A stretch of 64,000 nucleotides of DNA from Myxococcota bacterium (GTDB lineage Bacteria > Myxococcota_A > UBA9160 > PR03), in contig JBFIML010000008.1 in the NCBI GenBank assembly GCA_041611735.1, forward strand, positions 1 through 64,000. Reading direction: 5' to 3'. Position 1 is the first letter of the stretch. The number at the start of each line of letters is the position of its first letter. Positions 11,842-26,672 of this stretch are shown here, in pieces. Both the position numbers and the translations under genes were made by a program. The notes under the pieces were generated by a model, which was not told where the DNA came from, did no database searches, and saw nothing but the letters and a program-made list of their open reading frames with translations.

Positions 11842-13506
11842 TCAGGCCCGGGCTCGCTCGAGCCCCCGGTTGATGAGCAGCTGCTGCCCGATGGCCAGCA
11901 GGTTGCTGACGAACCAGTAGAGCACCAGCCCCGATGGGAACGTATAGAACAGCACCGTGAACATGATGGGCATCATGACCATGAGCATGCGCGCCTGCGC
12001 CGGATCCATGGTGGTTGGCGTCAGCTTCTGCTGAAGCACCATGCTGGCGCCCATCAGAACCGGCAGCAGTCGCACCGGAAGCTCGAGCCCGGGCACCGTG
12101 AAGAGGGTCTCCGGCTGGGAGAGGTCCTGGATCCAGCCCACAAAGGGGGCCTGGCGCAGGTCGATGGAGCTCTGCAGCGCATAGTAGAGGGCGATGAAGA
12201 CGGGAATCTGGAGCACCATGGGCAGGCACCCGCCGAGCGGGTTCACCCCCGACTCCCGATAGAGCTTCATCATCTCCTGGGACTGTTGTTGCCGGTCGTC
12301 CCGGTGCTTCTCCTGGAGGGCGCGGATCTTCGGCTGCAGCTCTCCCAGACGCTTCATGGAGCGCATCTGCTTGGTGGCAAGGGGCGCCGTCGCCAGGCGC
12401 ACGAGGATGGTGATGACGATGATCACGAGGCCGTAGTTGGGAATCACCGCATAGAGGGCGTGCAGCAGCCACGTGAAGCCGCGGGTGATCGGGGCGACCC
12501 AGGACCAGCCGAGGTCGATGGAGCGTTCGAGATGAGCCCCGAGCTCCGCCAGGCGCGCCGGCTCCTTGGGGCCCATGTAGACCCGGAACTCCCGCTCCAC
12601 GGACCGCCCGGGTGGGATCGAGAACACCCCCGTACTCACGGTCGCCCGCGCCCGCTTGCCCGGCTCCTCGGCCAGGAAGCGGGCCTCCGTATCACGCGGC
12701 ACGTCCGGCAGCACCACCCCGAGGAAGTAGCGGGTTCCGATCCCCGCCCACTCCACGCCGCTGGCAAATACCCGTTCGGTCTCGATCCCTCCCCCGAACA
12801 GACGCGCTCCGAAGCCCGCCCGGCCGAATCCCTCCACCGGCAGCTGCTCGAGCTCCCCGTCGTGGAGCGCAGTGAGGGACAGGCTCGAGAAGTCGGCGCC
12901 GGCTCGCGTCTCGGTTGGCCAGGTCACATCGAAGCGCGGCTCTACCCCACGCGCGGATTCGTTGCTCACCTCGAGCCGCAGCCGGAAGGCGTAGGAGTCG
13001 CGCTCGAAGAGGTACCGCTTGCGGATGGTGATGCCTGCATCCGTGTAGACGAAGTCCACGTGCAGGGGACCCGACTCGCGCACGGAGAACGCTGCGCGGG
13101 AGAGGTCGCCCAGGCCGAGCTCGCGCAGCGGGGTGGCCAGCACCGCCTCGCCGTTTCCCTCCCGCATGCTCAGCTCGACCGCGGGGCTGCCGTCGCCCGG
13201 CCGCAGCGCGTAGCGCCGAAGCTCCCAACGCGTCACCCCGGCGCCGTGGGAGCTCAGCTCTGCCCGCACGAGGTCCGTCTCGACGCGCAGGCGCTGCTCC
13301 TGGGCCTGCGCTGCCGGCCGCAGCGGCTGGACGGGCGTCGCCGCGGGGGGAGCCTCGACGACGGATGGCGGTGCCGGGGCCGCGGCCAGGGGTGACGGCG
13401 TGGGCTCCACACGGCGCGGAGGAGGTCGGTGCTCGGCCTCCCACATCATCCACAGGGAGAGCACCAGGAACGAGAGGGCAAAGGCCAGGAAGGCGTTGCG
13501 GTCCAC
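11842..13506 (-). CDS. yidC: Membrane protein insertase YidC
   Basis: N-terminal TM, periplasmic domain, YMGPK, NYGLVII, GVNPLGGCLP, PSGLVLYW. Confidence 0.97.
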   Translation of the reverse strand: MDRNAFLAFALSFLVLSLWMMWEAEHRPPPRRVEPTPSPLAAAPAPPSVVEAPPAATPVQPLRPAAQAQEQRLRVETDLVRAELSSHGAGVTRWELRRYALRPGDGSPAVELSMREGNGEAVLATPLRELGLGDLSRAAFSVRESGPLHVDFVYTDAGITIRKRYLFERDSYAFRLRLEVSNESARGVEPRFDVTWPTETRAGADFSSLSLTALHDGELEQLPVEGFGRAGFGARLFGGGIETERVFASGVEWAGIGTRYFLGVVLPDVPRDTEARFLAEEPGKRARATVSTGVFSIPPGRSVEREFRVYMGPKEPARLAELGAHLERSIDLGWSWVAPITRGFTWLLHALYAVIPNYGLVIIVITILVRLATAPLATKQMRSMKRLGELQPKIRALQEKHRDDRQQQSQEMMKLYRESGVNPLGGCLPMVLQIPVFIALYYALQSSIDLRQAPFVGWIQDLSQPETLFTVPGLELPVRLLPVLMGASMVLQQKLTPTTMDPAQARMLMVMMPIMFTVLFYTFPSGLVLYWFVSNLLAIGQQLLINRGLERARA

Positions 13507-13515
13507 GCGTCGGTC

Positions 13516-13749
13516 CTAGGGAACGGGGTCGAGGCCGCCCGCGTGGAACGGGTGGCAACGCGCCAGCCGCCGAAGCGCCAGCCAGGTGCCGCGCAGGATG
13601 CCGTGGCGCCGAACAGCCCGCTCGGCGTACTCGGAGCATGTCGGATCGAAGCGGCACGCAGCACCGAGGAACGGGGAAACCAGCCAGCGATAGGCGCGCA
13701 GCCCCCCGACCACGATGGCGACCGCTGCCGGGTCCGGGTCACGCTGCAT
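13516..13749 (-). CDS. yidD: Membrane protein insertion efficiency factor YidD
   Basis: [11 protein letters not shown]...[17 protein letters not shown]. Confidence 0.95.
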   Translation of the reverse strand: MQRDPDPAAVAIVVGGLRAYRWLVSPFLGAACRFDPTCSEYAERAVRRHGILRGTWLALRRLARCHPFHAGGLDPVP

Positions 13750-14116
13750 GCTGTCCCCCCGGACACACTCCTTCCAGCAGGGAATCCAGCTCCCGGAGAA
13801 CCCTCAGGGCGTCCAGCTCCCTGGCTGCTCGGCGAGCGATCACCACGTAGTCTTTCCCCTTGGGGATACGGTCCCCCCGGCGCCGGAACCACTCGCGGAC
13901 GTAGCGCTTCACGCGGTTCCGCACCACGGCGCTCCCCACACGGCGGCTCACGGTGATGCCGAGCCGCGCCCGAGTCGTGTCCCCCGGAAGAGATGCCGCG
14001 GAAAGCACCACGAAGCTCCGCGATTCGACACGCCGGCCCTCCCTGGAGAGACGCCGGAAGTCCTTGGAGGACCGCAGCCGCTGCAGCCGGCGGAAGTGCT
14101 CGCTCCCACCGGCCAC
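13739..14116 (-). CDS. rnpA: Ribonuclease P protein component
   Basis: [36 protein letters not shown]. Confidence 0.96.
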   Translation of the reverse strand: MAGGSEHFRRLQRLRSSKDFRRLSREGRRVESRSFVVLSAASLPGDTTRARLGITVSRRVGSAVVRNRVKRYVREWFRRRGDRIPKGKDYVVIARRAARELDALRVLRELDSLLEGVCPGGQHAA

Positions 14117-14118
14117 GT

Positions 14119-14268
14119 CTACTTGGAGGGAGTCCGAACCACCAGCCGCCTGCGCCCCTTGGCCCGCCGGCGTCGCAGGACGCTACGTCCCCCACTACTC
14201 TTCATGCGGGTCCGGAAGCCATGCGTTCGCTTGCGACGGATCCGGCTCGGCTGATAGGTACGCTTCAT
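14119..14268 (-). CDS. rpmH: 50S ribosomal protein L34 (not in the ORF track; 49 aa)
   Basis: Manual translation [49 protein letters not shown]. Confidence 0.98.
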   Translation of the reverse strand: MKRTYQPSRIRRKRTHGFRTRMKSSGGRSVLRRRRAKGRRRLVVRTPSK

Positions 14269-14311
14269 ACCCTTGTTTCCTCGCAGCTGCGTGATCGGCT
14301 GCGAAACTCAG

Positions 14312-14341
14312 ACGGTAGCCAGCCGTGGGAGAGACTGTCAA
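14312..14341 (-). promoter_or_regulatory. Putative sigma70 promoter of the rpmH operon
   Basis: Minus strand TTGACA-18 nt-TACCGT, about 45 nt upstream of the rpmH ATG. Confidence 0.65.
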
Positions 14342-14374
14342 CCAGCTCCCCCACCCCTGCGAAACGCGTGACAA

Positions 14375-14397
14375 ACCCCTCGTCTCCGACGAGGGGT
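14375..14397. repeat. Perfect 10-bp inverted repeat in the rpmH-dnaN intergenic region
   Basis: ACCCCTCGTC-TCC-GACGAGGGGT. Confidence 0.8.
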
Positions 14398-14400
14398 GCG

Positions 14401-14409
14401 TGGTAACCT
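14401..14409 (+). promoter_or_regulatory. Putative extended -10 promoter toward dnaN
   Basis: TGG-TAACCT (TGn-TAnnnT), about 160 nt upstream of dnaN. Confidence 0.45.
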
Positions 14410-14569
14410 CCTACCGGAGCCGCCAGCCGTGCCCACTTGCGTCACCCTTCGCCGCTCACCCGACACAACGCAAAACGAAGCCCACACGTGGGAGTCCTGG
14501 CGTTTCATCCCCCGGACACCCCCCTGCTTCTATCTCCATAAGAATTCCTCCAGGGAGTGAGATCAGAAC

Positions 14570-15688
14570 ATGAAGCTTTCCCTGTCCAAGGCCGACCTCC
14601 AGCGGGGTCTCGGTCGCATCCAGGCCATCGTCGAGAAGCGGAACTCGATGCCGATCCTGGCCAATGCACTCCTGTCCGCCACCAAGGAGCCCGGGCAGCT
14701 CGAGGTAGCGGCTACGGACCTCGAGGTGGGGGTTCGAGGCATCCACGAGGCGAAGGTCAGCAAGGCAGGCTCTCTCACCGTCTCGGCGCGAAAGCTCTTC
14801 GAGATCGTACGCGAGCTTCCGGACGAGACGGTGCAGCTGGCGGCCACCGACAATTCCTACCTGGAGGTACAATGTGCTCGCAGCCGCTTCACCTTGGCCG
14901 GTACCACGGCGGAGGAGTTCCCGAGCCTTCCGGAGCTGGCTCCCGGTCGTCTCGCGCGACTCCAGGCGGCGGTCCTCAGCACCATGATCGAACGCACCAT
15001 GTATGCGGCCTCTACCGACGAGACGCGATACAACCTGAACGGGGTCTTCTTCGAGGTCCTGGAGGAAGGAGCGCGGATTCGGATGGTGGCGACCGACGGA
15101 CACCGGCTGGCTCTGGTGGACCGGGTCGTAGGGAGTGAGGCGGAGGGGCTGGCCAGTGGAGTCATCCTGCCGCGCAAGGCCCTGGCGGAGCTCAAGCGGC
15201 TGGTGGACGAGGAGGATGCAGACGAGGTGGAGCTCGGCTTCGAGGGCAACAGCGCCTTGGCCCGGAAGGGGGGGGTCACGCTGGTCATGCGCCTCATCGA
15301 GGGGGAATTCCCCAACTATCAGCAGGTGATCCCGAAGGGATCCACGCGGCGTCTGGTCCTGCCAGCGGAGCCGCTGGGACACGCGCTCCGGCGTATGGCC
15401 CTGCTCGCCGCGGAGCGCAGCCGCGCGGTTCGTCTGGACCTGGCGGAGGGTCGGCTGGCCGTCTCCTCCAGCAACCCGGATCTCGGCGAGGCCCACGAAG
15501 AACTCGACGTGGACTACGCGGGCGACGCGCTCGGCATCGGCTTCAACGTCCGCTACTTGCAGGATTGTCTCGGCGCTTTCCGCGCCAAGGAGGTCCAGCT
15601 CGAGCTCCAGGACGAGCTTTCGCCGGCCCTGCTCCGCCCGGCCGACGATCCGGACAGCCTGGCGGTCGTCATGCCGATGCGCCTCTGA
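14570..15688 (+). CDS. dnaN: DNA polymerase III beta sliding clamp
   Basis: MPILAN, ATDLE, ETRYNLNG, VATDGHRLA, EGEFPNY, C-terminal VVMPMRL. Confidence 0.98.
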   Translation: MKLSLSKADLQRGLGRIQAIVEKRNSMPILANALLSATKEPGQLEVAATDLEVGVRGIHEAKVSKAGSLTVSARKLFEIVRELPDETVQLAATDNSYLEVQCARSRFTLAGTTAEEFPSLPELAPGRLARLQAAVLSTMIERTMYAASTDETRYNLNGVFFEVLEEGARIRMVATDGHRLALVDRVVGSEAEGLASGVILPRKALAELKRLVDEEDADEVELGFEGNSALARKGGVTLVMRLIEGEFPNYQQVIPKGSTRRLVLPAEPLGHALRRMALLAAERSRAVRLDLAEGRLAVSSSNPDLGEAHEELDVDYAGDALGIGFNVRYLQDCLGAFRAKEVQLELQDELSPALLRPADDPDSLAVVMPMRL

Positions 15689-15705
15689 CCTCGGTTCTCG
15701 GAGCC

Positions 15706-18354
<2,649 letters not shown>

Positions 18355-18371
18355 GTCCCCCGGAGCGCGCC

Positions 18372-20870
<2,499 letters not shown>

Positions 20871-20886
20871 CCCGCGGACCGGACGC

Positions 20887-23361
20887 TCAGCGCGGCCAGG
20901 CGTCCGCCACGGTCGGGTCCGGAGGTTCGAGCAGGTGCGCGGGCACCTGCCGGCGGATGCGCCGGGAGGTGGCTTCGAAGGCCGCCCTGCGGCCCTGCAC
21001 CGCCTCGAGGCTGGCGCGTGCCATGAGCGCACCGCGATGGGGACCCTCCGGGGGCCGGCCCGCCAGGGCCGGATCCGGCGCTCCCGGGGGCCGCATGACG
21101 CGTGCCACGAAGGCAGGCCAATCCTCGCGCACGAAGGTCTCCCACTCCTCCGCTCGGGACCGGCCGGCCAGGAACTCGAAGCGCGGGCGGTCGTCGGTGT
21201 TGCGGGGCACCCCGGCCAGGGACCCTCGCAGGGGGCCGAGCGGCCCCACGTACAGCATCCAGAGTCCCTCCGGATCCACCACCCAGCGGTCCTCCACCCC
21301 ACGCGTGGCGAGGCGCGCCGCCCGCTCGGAGATCGCCTGGGGCAGGAGCGGTGAGTCCCGCACCCCCACCAGCGCCGCCGCGGGCCGTCGCGCGAAGAAG
21401 TCACCGCGCCACAGCGTGGCCTCCGGGAAGACGTCCAGGAAGGTGGCCACCAGCATCTCGAACTCGTCGAGGCGGAACTGGTAGAGCGGAATCCACTGAC
21501 AGAAGACCCCACCCGGGGCCAGGCGCTCGCGCACGGCGGCGAAGTGCTCCCGGGCGTACAGGGAGCCGGCTCCCGGGCGCCAGGGCACGAACAGGTCCGC
21601 CACCACCACGTCGTAGCGCTCGCGCGTCGCGCGCAGATGGTTGCGGCCGTCCTCCACGACGAGGCGCGTGCGAGGGTCCCGGTGCACGTGGCGGGTGGCG
21701 AAGCCGAAGTGGCGAGCGGCGAGCTCCTGGACCTCCGGCACGAGCTCCACCAGCGCGATCTGCTCCACCGGGTGGACCACCGCGGCCGCGGCCGTCCCGC
21801 CCGTGGCGGCGCCCACGAAGACCACCCGCTGCGGCGCTGCGTGCAGCAGGAGTGGCAGGTGGCCGGCCCGCTCCTGGGCGACCCGCGCGCGGGATCCACC
21901 CAGCGAGTAGTGGTTGTCCACCTTGATGCGGCGCTCGCCCCCGCCACTCTCCAGCACGCTCACCACACCGTGGGCACCCTCGGCCACGGCGACCAGCCGC
22001 TCGCCGGCTCCGAGCGCCACCAGCGGGAGCGCACGCGGGTCGGCGGGGCCGGCCCCCACGGCCAGGGCCGCCGCCGCCACCACGGCTCCGCGCACCAGGC
22101 GCGCGCGGCCCGACCCGGGCACGGCCAGGGCGGTCGTCCCGTAGCCGAGGCCCAGCAGGGCGAGGGACGGCCACAGGCCGAAGCGGTCCAGGAGCACGAA
22201 GCCGGCCAGTAGCGAGCCGAGGATCCCACCGACCGTGTTGGCGGCGAGCAGACCGCCCACGCGGGGTCCCACGGCGCCGCCGGCGGCCATCCGGAAGGTG
22301 AGCGGAAGCACCAGCGCGCCGACCAGGAGCGCCGGGCCTCCGAAACTCGCAGCCAGCAGCAGGCCGGAGACCAGGCCGCCCGGCACGTAGCGGTGCAGCC
22401 CGTCCGTGCCGGACACGAGCACGAAGGGCAGAGCCAGGAGCAGCACAGCCTCGGCGAGGAGCGCCAGGACCAGCAGCCGCTCCGCCGCGACGCGATGGGC
22501 CGTGGCGGCCACCAGCGCCGCCCCCGCCGCCAGGGCCAGCAGCACCACCACCAGCACCGCGCCGAAGGAGTAGACGGAGCTGTCGATGGTCTGGGCCAGG
22601 GCGTGGACCAGCAGCACCTCGAGGGCGAGCGTCCCAAAGCCCGAGACGAAGGCTACCACGAGCGCGCCAACGGGCGCGGATCGGGCGGCGGGCGTGGGGG
22701 CGGGCGCCGTTGCCGGCACCCGCGCACCTCCCGCCAGCGCCAGTGCCGCCGCCGCGGCCACCAGCGAGAGGACCAGCGCCACGCCCCAGGCGGCCGGGAC
22801 CCCCACGGCCTCGATCAGCCAGAAGGCGCACAGCGCGCTGCCGAGGGCCGCACCGAGGAGGTTGACCGTGTAGAGCAGGTTGCCGTGACGGCCCAGCTCG
22901 CGCGCGTCACGCACGAAGGCCGCGACGAGCGGCGGCAGCGTCCCGCCCAACAGCGTGCTGGCCGGCAGCATCGCCAGCAGGGCCAGGCCGTACTTGACCG
23001 CCACGAAGGTATCGCGGCGCTCGGCCAGGGTCCCGTACAGGGTGGCGTAGAGGGGCTCGTAGAGACGCAGGGCCAGGGGCACCAGGACGGAGGCGGCCGC
23101 GGCCCCGAGCTCGAGCAGTCCATACAGCGCGAGAGGTCGGGACCAGCGGGGGGTGACGCGCCCGAAGAGGGCGGCGCCCAGAGCGAGCCCCGTGAAGAAG
23201 GCGCACAGGGTGGCGGAGGCTGCGTAGGCCGTGCTTCCGAAGAGGAGCTGGAACCAGCGCAGCCAGACCACCTGGTAGACGAGCGCCGCGGCGCCGGACA
23301 GGAGCGCCAGGGCGAGGAGGGCGGGAGCCCGGACGGGGCGCCGGGCGGCGTTGTCGCTCAC
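20887..23361 (-). CDS. Multi-TM membrane domain fused to a spermidine-synthase-like SAM/dcSAM-binding domain
   Basis: SGAAALVYQVVW...FGST, LLGGTLP and NTVGGILGS membrane repeats; C-terminal VELVPEV, EDGRNHL, YDVVVAD, LAPGGVFCQW; GTG 23361 overlaps the upstream stop. Confidence 0.8.
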   Translation of the reverse strand: MSDNAARRPVRAPALLALALLSGAAALVYQVVWLRWFQLLFGSTAYAASATLCAFFTGLALGAALFGRVTPRWSRPLALYGLLELGAAAASVLVPLALRLYEPLYATLYGTLAERRDTFVAVKYGLALLAMLPASTLLGGTLPPLVAAFVRDARELGRHGNLLYTVNLLGAALGSALCAFWLIEAVGVPAAWGVALVLSLVAAAAALALAGGARVPATAPAPTPAARSAPVGALVVAFVSGFGTLALEVLLVHALAQTIDSSVYSFGAVLVVVLLALAAGAALVAATAHRVAAERLLVLALLAEAVLLLALPFVLVSGTDGLHRYVPGGLVSGLLLAASFGGPALLVGALVLPLTFRMAAGGAVGPRVGGLLAANTVGGILGSLLAGFVLLDRFGLWPSLALLGLGYGTTALAVPGSGRARLVRGAVVAAAALAVGAGPADPRALPLVALGAGERLVAVAEGAHGVVSVLESGGGERRIKVDNHYSLGGSRARVAQERAGHLPLLLHAAPQRVVFVGAATGGTAAAAVVHPVEQIALVELVPEVQELAARHFGFATRHVHRDPRTRLVVEDGRNHLRATRERYDVVVADLFVPWRPGAGSLYAREHFAAVRERLAPGGVFCQWIPLYQFRLDEFEMLVATFLDVFPEATLWRGDFFARRPAAALVGVRDSPLLPQAISERAARLATRGVEDRWVVDPEGLWMLYVGPLGPLRGSLAGVPRNTDDRPRFEFLAGRSRAEEWETFVREDWPAFVARVMRPPGAPDPALAGRPPEGPHRGALMARASLEAVQGRRAAFEATSRRIRRQVPAHLLEPPDPTVADAWPR

Positions 23362-24485
23362 GGAGCCACCCGGGGCGGCGCCGGCCCGAAAGCGGGCCCC
23401 CACCAGCGGAAGTTGCAGCGGTCCACCTGGAGCTCCCGCAGCTCCGCCAGGCGGATCTCCCGCACGTGGCACGAACGCGGCACCGCCACGAGCGCAGCGC
23501 CCGCGCTCCACAGCGCGCAAGCCCCCATCAACCAGGGGGCCAGGCGCGGGCGCGCAGCCACCGCCACGCCGGCCGCCACGGCCACCGGGAGCGCCAGCAT
23601 CGAGAGGGCCCGCATGAGGGTGAGGGAGATCCGCATGCCGAAGGCCCCGAGCCAGAGCTCGTTCAGGTAGAGGATGACGAGCACCGCGCACAGGACCGCG
23701 AGCGCGCGGTCGCGGCGCCACAGGGGGCGCGCGCCGAGGGCTGCGAGCACCACGGCCAGCGGGCTCGCCAGCACCCCCGCCAGGGGCCAGACGGCGAGCC
23801 CGCCGCCCCCGGCACCGGGGCGCAGGTAGTCGTAGCCCGTCATGCGCAGGGCCTGGAACAGGGCGCAGCCATCCGCCAGGTGAATCGCGTGCAGGGGAGC
23901 TGCTCCCAGCGTCCCGACCGCCAGGGCCAGGAGCCCGCGCACGTCGAGGCGGGCCAGGGCGAAGACGCCGGTGGCGATGCCGAAGAAGAGCGCCGAGGCG
24001 GTGTGCACCCAGAAGGTGACAGCGAGGGTCAGGGCCACGCCCACGTAGCGTCGCTGCGCCAGCAGGCCGAGGCCGACGAACACCAGCCCGTAGCCGACCG
24101 CCTCCACCTTGGGCAGGCACCAGCTGAAGGCGAACGAGTACGGCGACAGCACGAGCAGCGCCGCGCTGGCCTCCGGGAGGCCCATGGCACGCTGCAGGAA
24201 GCGCGCGCCGCCCATCCACGCCGCCGCCCCCAGCACGGCGAACAGCTTCGGATAGAGCGTCAGGCCCAGCAGGGGCGCGAGCAGCGCGCCGAGCACGTGA
24301 TAGGTCGGGGAGTAGACCGAACGGATGGCCGGCTCCTCGCCCATCAGCTGGATGAGGCGAAGGTGCGGCACCAGGTCGGCACCGCCGCGCAGCCCCGGCG
24401 GCACCAGCAGCAGGATCGCGTGCAGCAGGGCCGCGCCGCCCGCGCACGTCCAGAAGAGCCGGCCGTCCCGGGCTTCGGAGTGCAT
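23358..24485 (-). CDS. Hypothetical polytopic membrane protein (possibly GT-C fold)
   Basis: About 10 hydrophobic segments; acidic/His loop after TM1 (GADLVPH...YSPTYH); translationally coupled to the downstream gene. Confidence 0.65.
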   Translation of the reverse strand: MHSEARDGRLFWTCAGGAALLHAILLLVPPGLRGGADLVPHLRLIQLMGEEPAIRSVYSPTYHVLGALLAPLLGLTLYPKLFAVLGAAAWMGGARFLQRAMGLPEASAALLVLSPYSFAFSWCLPKVEAVGYGLVFVGLGLLAQRRYVGVALTLAVTFWVHTASALFFGIATGVFALARLDVRGLLALAVGTLGAAPLHAIHLADGCALFQALRMTGYDYLRPGAGGGGLAVWPLAGVLASPLAVVLAALGARPLWRRDRALAVLCAVLVILYLNELWLGAFGMRISLTLMRALSMLALPVAVAAGVAVAARPRLAPWLMGACALWSAGAALVAVPRSCHVREIRLAELRELQVDRCNFRWWGPAFGPAPPRVAP

Positions 24486-24568
24486 GGCGCGGCAACGTAC
24501 ACCAGCAGAGCGGCGGCGTGGCCGACGCGCCGGTGCCGACCCCTCGGGCCGGGGGTAGACTCCGGGCG

Positions 24569-25870
24569 GTGAAGGGCCGTCTCGACCGCTCCCGGAGCCT
24601 CCTGCGGCGGGCGCGCCGCGTCATCCCCGGCGGCGTGAACAGCCCGGTGCGCGCCTATGGCGCCGTGGGCGGGGTGCCGCCCTTCCTGGTGCGCGGCAAG
24701 GGCGCGCGCGTCTGGGACGCCGACGGCAACCCGTACCTGGACTACGTGGGCTCCTGGGGGCCTCTCGTCCTGGGCCACGCGGATTCCGGGGTCCTGCGCG
24801 CGGTGCGGGCGGCGGCGGCCCGCGGCACGAGCTTCGGGGCGCCCACGGAGCTCGAGGTCGAGCTGGCCGAGGCCGTGTGCCGTGCAGTGCCGAGCGTCGA
24901 GCAGCTGCGACTGGTGAGCTCCGGCACCGAGGCGGCCATGAGCGCGATCCGGCTCGCCCGCGCTGCCACGGGCCGCGAGCGCGTCCTCAAGTTCGAGGGC
25001 TGCTACCACGGGCACGTGGACGCGCTCCTGGTGGGGGCCGGAAGCGGTGTGGCGACCCTCGGGATTCCGGGCTCGCCGGGGGTGCCCCGCGCGTTCGTGG
25101 AGCTCACGCTCCAGGTGCCCTACAACGACCTCGACGCGGTGGAGGCGGCCCTGCGGCGCTTCGGCGACGAGGTCGCGTGCGTCCTGGTGGAGCCCGTCGC
25201 CGGGAACATGGGGTGCGTGCCTCCGCGCCCCGGCTTCCTGGAAGGGCTGCGCCGCTTGTGCGACCGCCACGGCGCGTTGCTCGTCTTCGACGAGGTGATG
25301 ACCGGCTTCCGGGTCGCCTACGGCGGCGCCCAGGAGCGCTACGGGATTCGCCCGGACCTGACCTGCCTGGGCAAGATCCTGGGTGGTGGCCTGCCAGCGG
25401 CTGCCTACGGCGGGCGCCGCGCGCTCATGGGGCAGGTAGCGCCCGAGGGCCCGGTCTACCAGGCCGGCACCCTGGCGGGGAACCCCCTGGCCAGCGCCGC
25501 GGGCCTCGCGACCCTGCGACGGCTGCGCCGGCCCCGGACCTATGCGCGGCTGGAGGCGTGCTCCACCCGCCTGGCCCAGGGGCTGGTCGGAATCGCCCGC
25601 GAGGTGGGCGTCGAGCTGTGCGCCACGGCCGTTGGCGGCATGTTCGGCTTCTTCTTCCATCCCGGACCGGTCACCCACTTCGCCGAGGCCCGAAAGGCCC
25701 ACGAGGGGCGCTTCCGCGTCTTCTTCCGGGCCATGCTGGCGCAGGGCGTCTACCTGGCTCCTTCCCCCTACGAGGCGGGCTTCGTGTCCCTGGCGCACCG
25801 TGACGCGGACCTCGACGCGACCCTGGAAGCGGCCCGCGTTGCGCTGCGTCGCGCAGCCCGAGTGCGTTGA
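24569..25870 (+). CDS. hemL: Glutamate-1-semialdehyde 2,1-aminomutase
   Basis: [51 protein letters not shown]; start GTG 24569 preferred (24518 possible). Confidence 0.96.
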   Translation: MKGRLDRSRSLLRRARRVIPGGVNSPVRAYGAVGGVPPFLVRGKGARVWDADGNPYLDYVGSWGPLVLGHADSGVLRAVRAAAARGTSFGAPTELEVELAEAVCRAVPSVEQLRLVSSGTEAAMSAIRLARAATGRERVLKFEGCYHGHVDALLVGAGSGVATLGIPGSPGVPRAFVELTLQVPYNDLDAVEAALRRFGDEVACVLVEPVAGNMGCVPPRPGFLEGLRRLCDRHGALLVFDEVMTGFRVAYGGAQERYGIRPDLTCLGKILGGGLPAAAYGGRRALMGQVAPEGPVYQAGTLAGNPLASAAGLATLRRLRRPRTYARLEACSTRLAQGLVGIAREVGVELCATAVGGMFGFFFHPGPVTHFAEARKAHEGRFRVFFRAMLAQGVYLAPSPYEAGFVSLAHRDADLDATLEAARVALRRAARVR

Positions 25871-25895
25871 GCTTGCGGGAGCCGTCGGCTAGCCT
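25867..25895 (+). promoter_or_regulatory. Putative sigma70 promoter of the atpZ-atpI-atpB-atpE operon
   Basis: TTGAGC-17 nt-TAGCCT; the -10 is flanked by the inverted repeat GCCGTCGG/CCGACGGC. Confidence 0.5.
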
Positions 25896-25955
25896 CGGCC
25901 CTCCGACGGCGACGGTCGGCTCGGGGGGCGTCGGGACGCGCCCAGCGGTCGGCCC

Positions 25956-26213
25956 GTGAGGAGACAGGAACCCGACGGCGGGGGTCGCGTCCGGTGGCTC
26001 GGGCGTGCCTATCAGGGCGCTCTCGAGGCGGTCCTGGCCCTGGTGATCATGCCGGTGCTCGGCGCGTGGGCCGACTCCCGCTTCGAGACCGGTCCCGTCC
26101 TGTTTCTTCTGGGGCTGGCCATCGGATTCGGTTCGTTCGTGTTGCGGCTGGTTCGTCTGCTCGGGGAGCTCGAGAGGCAGCCGCCCGGCGGCGGCCCGGG
26201 AAGCGAAGGCTGA
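25956..26213 (+). CDS. atpZ: AtpZ/AtpI-family small membrane protein
   Basis: Two TMs with LGAWADSRFETGP..LLGLAIGF signature, upstream of atpB. Confidence 0.75.
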   Translation: MRRQEPDGGGRVRWLGRAYQGALEAVLALVIMPVLGAWADSRFETGPVLFLLGLAIGFGSFVLRLVRLLGELERQPPGGGPGSEG

Positions 26214-26216
26214 TCC

Positions 26217-26672
26217 ATGCGCCACGGTCTCGATGCCACCGAGCAGCTCAACCTGACGCTGTCCGCGAGCGCCGTGGCGGCTTCCTGGCTGCTGGCATCG
26301 CCCGCCTTCGCCGGGGCCCTGGCCCTGGGCGCCGCCATCGAGGCGGTGAACTACCGGGTGCTGCGCCGGACCGCCGAGCGCTTCCTCGGCGGTCGGCTCG
26401 GCGGCGGCGCCGCCTGGACGGCCGGCTACGGTTTGCGCTTCGTCTTCGTGGGAGCGGCCATGGTGGTGGCGCTCGTAGCCGGTGCCCATCCCGTCGGGCT
26501 CGTGCTGGGGCTCAGTATGATCGTGCCGGCGGTCGTGGTGGCGGCGTGGCGCACGCTCCCCCCGCCGCTCCCGGCGGAGCCGATCCCGCCGCCCGACGAC
26601 CCGAGCTGGGACCGCTGGAACCCATGGCTCGCCCGGGAGCAGGAGCCCTCCGAGGAGGACACCGAGGCGTGA
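26217..26672 (+). CDS. atpI: ATP synthase protein I
   Basis: Four TMs, GAAIEAVNY, LRFVF, PVGLVLGLS; directly upstream of atpB. Confidence 0.75.
   Translation: MRHGLDATEQLNLTLSASAVAASWLLASPAFAGALALGAAIEAVNYRVLRRTAERFLGGRLGGGAAWTAGYGLRFVFVGAAMVVALVAGAHPVGLVLGLSMIVPAVVVAAWRTLPPPLPAEPIPPPDDPSWDRWNPWLAREQEPSEEDTEA

Noticed and set aside
14325-14573. 82-aa ORF in the rpmH-dnaN gap as a possible dnaA remnant or replacement initiator
   Set aside because: No DnaA motifs, atypical codon usage, and it overlaps promoter-like elements.
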